Assembly (NCBI GenBank): GCA_043800555.1
Contig: JAZDMX010000003.1
Span: 33,947-97,946, forward strand
DNA from: Candidatus Omnitrophota bacterium
GTDB taxonomy: Bacteria > Omnitrophota > Gorgyraeia > Gygaellales > Profunditerraquicolaceae
Reading direction: 5' to 3'
DNA length: 64,000 nucleotides
The position numbers and the translations under genes are program-made. This document shows, in pieces, positions 58,834 to 64,000 of this stretch. Each line of letters begins with the position of its first letter. Position 1 is the first letter of the stretch. The notes beneath the pieces were generated by a model that was given only the letters and a program-made list of their open reading frames with translations, was not told where the DNA came from and made no database searches.

Positions 58834-60470
58834 CAATAAAAAGGGATTGTCGCCATAGGCTGCTCCGGAAGCCGGGTAGCTTCCTGTTGCTTCGGCATTG
58901 TTTTGCCCTGTTTCGCAGGCGCCTTGTATTTTTGGCAACTACTGGTTTCTTAGTTTCTGTTTTGAGTTTTGGCGTTTGCCATTCGTTATATGCCGGAGGC
59001 ATAAAAGAGCCTTGCGTTGCCGGGACATTTTATCCCGAAGACCCCGGAGAGCTTTCTAAGATGATTGACGCATTCTTGGAAGAAGCAAATCCTGAAACGG
59101 GGCCGGTTGGCCGGGTTTTCGCCTTAATTTCTCCTCATGCCGGTTACGGCTATTCGGGTAAAGTCGCGGGGTTCGGCTACAAGCTTATCAAGGCCAAAGA
59201 GTATAAAACGGTGGTAATTTTAGGTACGAGCCATCACTATGCCTTTAGCGGAATTTCGGTTTATCCCGGCGGCGTATTCAAAACTCCGCTTGGAGGAATT
59301 CCGGTAGATGATGAATTTACCCAAAAATTGCTCAATAAAGGCCCGGCTGTAACATTCGTCCCGGAGGCCTTTCAAGAAGAGCATAGCGTTGAAGTGCAGC
59401 TGCCGTTTTTACAAAAGACGCTGGATAATTTCAAGATTGTCCCGGTAGTCATTGGCGACGTTTCTTTATCTACCTGCCAGAAGTTTGCCGCTTTGCTTAA
59501 GGAATCAATTAATACGCGTAATGATGTTTTGTTGGTTGTTTCTACCGATATGTACCACGGATATGATTATGAGGAGGCGGATAAAACCGATAACCTTACC
59601 TTGGCCGCTATAAAGAACATGGACGCGCAAGCCCTTTATTACGGGATTCGTGATGAGAAAATGCAGCTTTGCGGAGGTTTCGGGGTTGTAACCGCCCTTA
59701 TTTTAGCCAAAAGCATGGGCTATGATAAAGCGGTATTATTAAAACATACAAACTCTGCGGAAGTTACCAATAATATGAAAAAAGGTATCTGGACCGTAGG
59801 TTATTCAAGCTGGGCTATTGGCGCTTCTATGGGATCCAGCGTCAATGGCGGGCAGAGTCGAACCAGTGGCGCTTCTTTAGGGCCCAGCGCCAATCCGGGA
59901 GGAGAAGCCATGTTTAATAAAGGTCAGAGGAAGCGGTTGCTTGAGATTGCGCGCGCTGCTATAGAGGCATATTTAAAGAATGGCAAGGTTTTAGAGATTA
60001 CCGAGACGGACCCTGCTTTGGCAAAGACTACAGGAGCTTTTGTTACCCTTAATGAACACGGGGATTTGCGCGGTTGTATAGGAAGCCTCCTGGGGACAGA
60101 ACCGTTGTATTTAACCGTGCGGGATATGGCGGTTGAGGCTGCTACGGGCGATTCCCGCTTTAACCCGGTAAAGCTGCCGGATTTAAAGAATATTGAGATT
60201 GAAGTATCCGTTTTATCTCCTATGCAGAAAATCGACGATCCTGGCCTGATTAAGCTTGGGGTCCACGGTGTTTTAGTGCGGCAAGGCTACAAGAGCGGGG
60301 TATTCCTTCCCCAAGTAGCTACGGAAACAGGATGGTCAAAAGATGATTTTATGTCGAATTTGTGCGTCCATAAAGCGGGCCTTGCCCCCGATGCCTGGAA
60401 AGATAGATCTACCGAAATTTATATTTTTACGGCGGAAGTGTTTTCCGAGAAAGAGATGAGCGGTGGTTAA
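58830..60470 (+). CDS. fused AmmeMemoRadiSam system protein B (MEMO1 family) + protein A (AMMECR1 domain), with N-terminal Arg-rich/hydrophobic extension
   Basis: ATGA overlap with the radical SAM gene. N-terminal half has MEMO1 motifs (VAGTFYPEDP...ISPHAGYGYSG...ILGTSHH...DMYHGYD). C-terminal about 190 aa is AMMECR1 (GAFVTLNEHGDLRGCIGS...GVLVRQGYKSGVFLPQVA). The first about 50 aa (RRRLVFLATTGFLVSVLSFGVCHSLYA) look like a signal peptide or membrane anchor. Confidence 0.85.
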   Translation: MTIKRDCRHRLLRKPGSFLLLRHCFALFRRRLVFLATTGFLVSVLSFGVCHSLYAGGIKEPCVAGTFYPEDPGELSKMIDAFLEEANPETGPVGRVFALISPHAGYGYSGKVAGFGYKLIKAKEYKTVVILGTSHHYAFSGISVYPGGVFKTPLGGIPVDDEFTQKLLNKGPAVTFVPEAFQEEHSVEVQLPFLQKTLDNFKIVPVVIGDVSLSTCQKFAALLKESINTRNDVLLVVSTDMYHGYDYEEADKTDNLTLAAIKNMDAQALYYGIRDEKMQLCGGFGVVTALILAKSMGYDKAVLLKHTNSAEVTNNMKKGIWTVGYSSWAIGASMGSSVNGGQSRTSGASLGPSANPGGEAMFNKGQRKRLLEIARAAIEAYLKNGKVLEITETDPALAKTTGAFVTLNEHGDLRGCIGSLLGTEPLYLTVRDMAVEAATGDSRFNPVKLPDLKNIEIEVSVLSPMQKIDDPGLIKLGVHGVLVRQGYKSGVFLPQVATETGWSKDDFMSNLCVHKAGLAPDAWKDRSTEIYIFTAEVFSEKEMSGG

Positions 60471-61179
60471 AATAGTTGCGAGCAGCTTTATTTTGGGGCT
60501 TGCGCTCGGCAGTGGGCCGTGCTTAGCTAGTTGCGGCCCGCTGTTTTTGACTTATATAGCCGGTTCCGGCAAGGGAGTTTTAAAAAGCCTGGAGTCTTAC
60601 TTTTTATTTTCAGCGTCGCGGATATTCGTTTACTTGATTTTAGGCTTATTATGCTTTTTTTTCGGCAGGTTAATCTTTGTGAGATTAGGGGATATTTTCA
60701 AGTTTATTTTGTTTGGCGCGGGCCTCTTTGTTGTTTCCCTTGGCATACTTATGGTTTTGGGTAAGGGAGTAAATTCGGCCCATTGCTCTTTTTTGCGGGA
60801 ACGTATTCTTGAAAAAGACAGTAAAGGCGTAGTCATCCTTGGGTTATTTGCTGGGCTATTGCCCTGCGCGCCTCTAATAGCTATGTTCACCTTTACGGGG
60901 TTAACCGCTAAAAGCGCCTTCGAGAATTTATTGTATTCTTTTGCATTCGGTTTAGGGACAGCTATTTCTCCGCTTATAGTTTTAGCCGGGCTGGCAGGCT
61001 TACTCCCCGCGCTCTTCAGGAAAAAGGGGGACGTTTCAAAAAAGGGGGACGTTTCTACTTTTCCCAATACTAGCTATAGAAAAGTAGAAACGTCCCCCTT
61101 TTTCTTGAGGCTGTTCCATATTATTTGCGGTTTGATTATGGTATTCTTAGGGATTCAGCTAATTCGGAGAATATTTTAA
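60463..61179 (+). CDS. integral membrane protein with paired TM cysteine motifs (GSGPCLASCGP ... LLPCAPL; CcdA/DsbD-like thiol-disulfide or metal transporter family?) carrying an in-frame repeat insertion
   Basis: 6-7 predicted TM helices. Residues about 186-214 (RKKGDVSKKGDVSTFPNTSYRKVETSPFF) are encoded by repeat copy D. The hydrophobic reading frame resumes after it (LRLFHIICGLIMVFLGIQLI). Confidence 0.5.
   Translation: MVKIVASSFILGLALGSGPCLASCGPLFLTYIAGSGKGVLKSLESYFLFSASRIFVYLILGLLCFFFGRLIFVRLGDIFKFILFGAGLFVVSLGILMVLGKGVNSAHCSFLRERILEKDSKGVVILGLFAGLLPCAPLIAMFTFTGLTAKSAFENLLYSFAFGLGTAISPLIVLAGLAGLLPALFRKKGDVSKKGDVSTFPNTSYRKVETSPFFLRLFHIICGLIMVFLGIQLIRRIF
61021..61103. repeat. palindromic hairpin repeat, copy D (inside CDS, in-frame), with an extra 5' partial arm duplication
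   Basis: AAAAAGGGGGACGTTTC (partial) then AAAAAAGGGGGACGTTTCTACTTTT, 17-nt loop, AAAAGTAGAAACGTCCCCCTTTTTC. Belongs to the five-G / AAAAAG-flank subtype. Confidence 0.85.
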
Positions 61180-62001
61180 ATGAATAAATTTTTCTGTAAG
61201 GATTCGGATATGCAGGAGGACAAAATCAACATTTCAAATAAGGAGGATGTCCACCATATAAAGAATGTCCTTAGGCTAAAGCAGGGCGGAAAGGTTGAAG
61301 TCTCTGATGAATCGGGCAATGTTTATGCCTGCGAAATCTTCCGGATAGACGATAACGTCCATTTGGTTGTTAAGAATAAAATTTGCTCTACCGGTATAGA
61401 CCGGGGGATAGAATTAACTGTGGCAGTCGCTATCCCCAAGAAGGCCAAGATAGACGATATCATAGATAAGCTGGTCCAATTGGGGGTGCGCAGGGTTATC
61501 CCTTTGAAAACGGAACGCGTGATAGTGAAACTGGATAAGCAAAAGGAAGCCGACCGTTTTCTGCGCTGGAAGAAGATTGCGCTTTGCGCGGCTAAGCAGT
61601 GCAAAAGGAGCGATTTAGCTGTTATTGAGCCGGTTAGGAGCTTTAAGGACGTTGTCGCGGATTCAAGCAGGTTTGATTTAAAGCTTATTCCGTATTTGGG
61701 AGGGGAACGGAGAACTCTTAGGGATGTTTTAGCAAAGGGGGACGTTTCTACTTTTCTTGAGCCTGGTGCCAGAAAAGTAGAAACGACCCCCTTTGCTTTG
61801 AAAAGTAGAAACGTCCCCCTTTTTTCTAAAGTAATGGTTTTAATCGGGCCGGAAGGCGATTTTTCCGAAGAAGAGGTTCAGTTGGCTTTATCCGCGGGGT
61901 TTATCCCGGTTACGCTGGGAAGTTTAGTTTTACGCGTGGATACCGCTGCTATTGCCGTAGCCGGTTTCATCAGGCTGTTTTTAGGTCAGGAGCGGTTTTA
62001 A
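61180..62001 (+). CDS. rsmE: 16S rRNA (uracil1498-N3)-methyltransferase RsmE, carrying an about 30-aa in-frame repeat insertion
   Basis: PUA-like N-terminus and SPOUT C-terminal domain (VLIGPEGDFSEEEV...LGSLVLRVDTAAIAVAG). The segment KGDVSTFLEPGARKVETTPFALKSRNVPLFS is encoded by repeat copy E, between conserved blocks. Confidence 0.8.
   Translation: MNKFFCKDSDMQEDKINISNKEDVHHIKNVLRLKQGGKVEVSDESGNVYACEIFRIDDNVHLVVKNKICSTGIDRGIELTVAVAIPKKAKIDDIIDKLVQLGVRRVIPLKTERVIVKLDKQKEADRFLRWKKIALCAAKQCKRSDLAVIEPVRSFKDVVADSSRFDLKLIPYLGGERRTLRDVLAKGDVSTFLEPGARKVETTPFALKSRNVPLFSKVMVLIGPEGDFSEEEVQLALSAGFIPVTLGSLVLRVDTAAIAVAGFIRLFLGQERF
61731..61826. repeat. palindromic hairpin repeat, copy E (inside rsmE, in-frame): one left arm plus two right arms
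   Basis: GCAAAGGGGGACGTTTCTACTTTT, loop, AAAAGTAGAAACGACCCCCTTTGC (one mismatch, flank-complementary), then a second right arm AAAAGTAGAAACGTCCCCCTTTTTT. Confidence 0.85.
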
Positions 62002-62056
62002 ATTCCGGCTGGCTAATGGTTGGCCTTAGCCGTTATCCGGGAGTTCTTGCGATCTT

Positions 62057-63301
62057 ATGAAGATAAAATTTTATACCCTTGGCTGCAAAGTAAACCAATA
62101 TGATACCCAGAGTATCCGGGAGCGTTTTCTGGCGCATGGGTTCAAGGAGGCGCGCGGGCCAGGCAAAAGCGATTGTTATCTTATAAATACTTGCACCGTT
62201 ACGGCTATGGCCGACCAGAAATCCCGCAGGCTGATCCGGCATTGTATCAGCGAAAACCCGCAGGCCAAAGTAATAGTAACCGGTTGCATGGTTAAGAATG
62301 ATTCCGGAGAGTTAGCCGGAATTCGCGGCGTGAGCCTGATTATCAGTAAAAGTTTTTTTAGCGAAGGGATAAGCGATTTTTCTTCGCATACCCGGGCGTT
62401 TTTAAAGATTCAGGATGGTTGCGATAATTTTTGCTCCTATTGCAAGGTGCCTTTGGCGCGCGGCAGGTCAAGAAGCAGGCCCTTAACGGATGTAATTAAA
62501 GAAGCCCGGGCCCTAGCCGAAAAAGGCTTCAAGGAAATAGTCTTAACCGGTATATGCCTGGGTTCTTACGGCAAGGATCTCGGAAAAGGCATAGGGCTGG
62601 CAATGGTTATCGAAGAGATGGAGAAGATAGAAGGGTTATCGCGTATCCGTTTGAGTTCTATCGAGGCCGGCGATATTACCGAGCCATTGATCGATAAGAT
62701 GTCTAAATCCAAGAAGCTTTGCCGGCATTTGCATATTCCTCTCCAAAGCGGGGATGATGATATCTTAAAGAAGATGCGGCGTAAGTATTCGCGTAAATTT
62801 TATCTTGATCTTATTAAGAGGATAAAAGCCAAGATCCCGCAAATAGCCATTACTACTGATTGCCTTGTCGGCTTCCCGGGGGAGAAAGAAAGAAATTTCA
62901 GGAATACCCTGGATTTAATCAATAGTATCCTGCCTTTAAGGGCGCACATTTTTCCTTATTCTCCCAGAAAGGGAACAAGCGCTTATCTAAAGGCGGTTCA
63001 TCTTGGTTTTTCATCGCCCGAGCTTGTTAGAAGGCGTGTCGCTGTCCTTAAATCCGCGGCCAGCCTGTGTTCCGATAAGTATAAAAAGCGCTTCTTAGGC
63101 CGCACAATGCTTGTTCTTTTTGAAGGTAAATCCAGGGCAATGAGGGGGTGCTGGGAGGGTTATACTGATAATTATATTAAGGTTATTTTCAGGTCCCGGC
63201 GTAATTTAAAGAACAGGCTGGTATATGTCAAGCTTAAGGGTATTTTTGGCGATGCCGTATTGGCTTCCCGGAAAAAGGGGGACGTTTCTACTTTTTTCTA
63301 G
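62057..63301 (+). CDS. mtaB: tRNA (t6A37) methylthiotransferase MtaB (MiaB/RimO radical-SAM methylthiotransferase family)
   Basis: MTTase N-domain YTLGCKVNQYDT...INTCTVT, radical SAM CxxxCxxC in DGCDNFCSYCKVP, C-terminal TRAM domain. The last 9 codons (KKGDVSTFF) and the TAG stop come from repeat copy F. Confidence 0.85.
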   Translation: MKIKFYTLGCKVNQYDTQSIRERFLAHGFKEARGPGKSDCYLINTCTVTAMADQKSRRLIRHCISENPQAKVIVTGCMVKNDSGELAGIRGVSLIISKSFFSEGISDFSSHTRAFLKIQDGCDNFCSYCKVPLARGRSRSRPLTDVIKEARALAEKGFKEIVLTGICLGSYGKDLGKGIGLAMVIEEMEKIEGLSRIRLSSIEAGDITEPLIDKMSKSKKLCRHLHIPLQSGDDDILKKMRRKYSRKFYLDLIKRIKAKIPQIAITTDCLVGFPGEKERNFRNTLDLINSILPLRAHIFPYSPRKGTSAYLKAVHLGFSSPELVRRRVAVLKSAASLCSDKYKKRFLGRTMLVLFEGKSRAMRGCWEGYTDNYIKVIFRSRRNLKNRLVYVKLKGIFGDAVLASRKKGDVSTFF

Positions 63302-63338
63302 GCTTAGCGCCGGAAAAGTAGAAACGTCCCCCTTTTTC
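63271..63338. repeat. palindromic hairpin repeat, copy F (forms the 3' end and stop codon of mtaB)
   Basis: GAAAAAGGGGGACGTTTCTACTTTT 63271-63295, 18-nt loop containing TAG, AAAAGTAGAAACGTCCCCCTTTTTC 63314-63338. Confidence 0.85.
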
Positions 63339-63348
63339 TATTTTCTCC

Positions 63349-63377
63349 TTGACAAAATCGGCTTGGGATGGTATAAG
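63349..63377 (+). promoter_or_regulatory. sigma70-type promoter TTGACA-N17-TGgTATAAG (extended -10) for the pilA-like gene
   Basis: Consensus -35 at 63349-63354, 17-nt spacer, TG at 63369-63370, TATAAG at 63372-63377. Located immediately after repeat F and about 150 nt upstream of the pilin start. Confidence 0.55.
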
Positions 63378-63529
63378 TAAACAGTAAATTTGAAGGGGGC
63401 TTTGCGCAAAAGTTTTAAATAACCTCTTAAAAAGTAACCCGGAAGTTATAATTTTACAATAACCAGAAGGGGTTAAGCAGAAAACGCGCGGGAAGCCAAT
63501 CTTACCTTAGAAAGGGGGATTTTAAAGAC

Positions 63530-63931
63530 ATGAATAGAAAAGGTTTTACGCTTGTTGAAATTATGATCGTTGTGGCGATTATCGCATTATTGGCAGCTAT
63601 TGCTATACCTAACTTATTAAGCGCCAGGATGACCGCTAATACGGCAGCAGCTAAGGCCAACATCCGTAGTTTATCTACAGCCTGCGAAACGTATTCAACC
63701 GCAAACAGCGGCGCGTATCCGACCACGGTAGCTGAATTAACTACTTTTATCAGTTCCGCAGCTTCTTATTGCGCTGACGCAGCCGGCACAGCTGCTACGG
63801 TTCAGGGTTACCAATACCATTGTACTTTGGGGACAGGCAGCTATACGTTAGTGGCTAATCCGGTTACCGTAGGCACAACCGGCACTACGACATATACCGC
63901 TACTACAGGAGGAGTGCTTACGCCATTATAA
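63530..63931 (+). CDS. pilA: type IVa major pilin PilA-like (NRKG|FTLVEIMIVVAIIALLAAIAIP)
   Basis: Canonical class III signal peptide with Gly-1/Phe+1/Glu+5. 133 aa, Thr/Gly/Ala-rich C-terminal region with a Cys pair. SD AAGGGGG upstream. Confidence 0.85.
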   Translation: MNRKGFTLVEIMIVVAIIALLAAIAIPNLLSARMTANTAAAKANIRSLSTACETYSTANSGAYPTTVAELTTFISSAASYCADAAGTAATVQGYQYHCTLGTGSYTLVANPVTVGTTGTTTYTATTGGVLTPL

Positions 63932-63957
63932 GAGCGCTTCTTGTGAAGAGTTAGAAA

Positions 63958-63992
63958 AGAGGAGAGGAGAAATTTCTCTCCTCTTTTTTTTA
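63958..63992 (+). terminator. rho-independent terminator after pilA
   Basis: About 11-bp stem AGAGGAGAGGA / TTTCTCTCCTCT (one G-U pair) with a GAAAT loop, followed by TTTTTTTT. Confidence 0.7.
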
Positions 63993-64000
63993 CAGGTTAT

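Noticed and set aside
58628-59002. Several small overlapping ORFs on both strands at the radical SAM / MEMO junction
   Set aside because: They are fully contained in the two conserved AmmeMemoRadiSam genes, whose frames carry the family motifs.
39044-63338. CRISPR array interpretation of the repeated GGGGACGTTTCTACTTTT elements
   Set aside because: The copies are kb apart and each is a self-complementary hairpin. There are no regularly spaced unique spacers and no cas genes. They are dispersed palindromic repeats, not CRISPR.

Overview
This is a gene-dense 64 kb bacterial chromosomal window, about 45% GC, using the standard genetic code (TAA, TAG and TGA all terminate genes). Every credible gene is on the + strand. 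I cannot assign a phylum confidently. The overall look, with its type IV pilus module, DapL-type lysine pathway, MAG-like homopolymer indels and dispersed hairpin repeats, suggests an uncultivated lineage.

Gene content in order:
1. An accessory ACP-dependent FAS/PKS-like module, cut at the window edge: a non-catalytic KS/CLF-like protein, a FabG-like reductase, a dedicated ACP, a FabZ-like dehydratase and a catalytic KS. An alpha/beta hydrolase and a CrtI-family FAD oxidoreductase follow on their own promoter.
2. rsmD-coaD.
3. The canonical yceD-rpmF-plsX-fabH-fabD-fabG-acpP-fabF lipid operon.
4. leuC, leuD, an 82-aa ORF, leuB, asd and truA.
5. A polytopic membrane protein, then rplM-rpsI.
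6. A long amino-acid supercluster: argC-J-B-D-F-G-H, then lysA-dapF-dapA-dapB-dapL, then folK and panC.
7. Glycosylation-type membrane proteins (PMT/TPR-like, GT2 plus GT-C), with nadX in between.
8. uvrA and a large TPR protein.
9. A complete type IVa pilus/T2SS-like module: wHTH, PilX-like, HTH, PilM-PilN fusion, PilO, PilP, PilQ, PilB, PilC and five prepilins.
10. tRNA-Ala(CGC).
11. An AmmeMemoRadiSam system whose MEMO1 and AMMECR1 components are fused.
12. A Cys-motif membrane protein, rsmE, mtaB and a separately promoted pilA-like major pilin.

The most unusual signal is a family of six roughly 60-95 bp palindromic hairpin repeats of the form GGGGACGTTTCTACTTTT-loop-AAAAGTAGAAACGTCCCC. 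All lie in the 39-63 kb half of the window. Three are intergenic. Three sit in-frame inside protein-coding genes (a membrane protein, rsmE, and the mtaB 3' end where the repeat supplies the stop codon), always read in the same frame (GDVSTF...KVETSP). This closely parallels Rickettsia palindromic elements.

Two genes, fabD and pilB, each carry a -1 frameshift at an A-homopolymer, most likely assembly indels. A small duplicated Lys-rich ORF carries an in-frame TAG.
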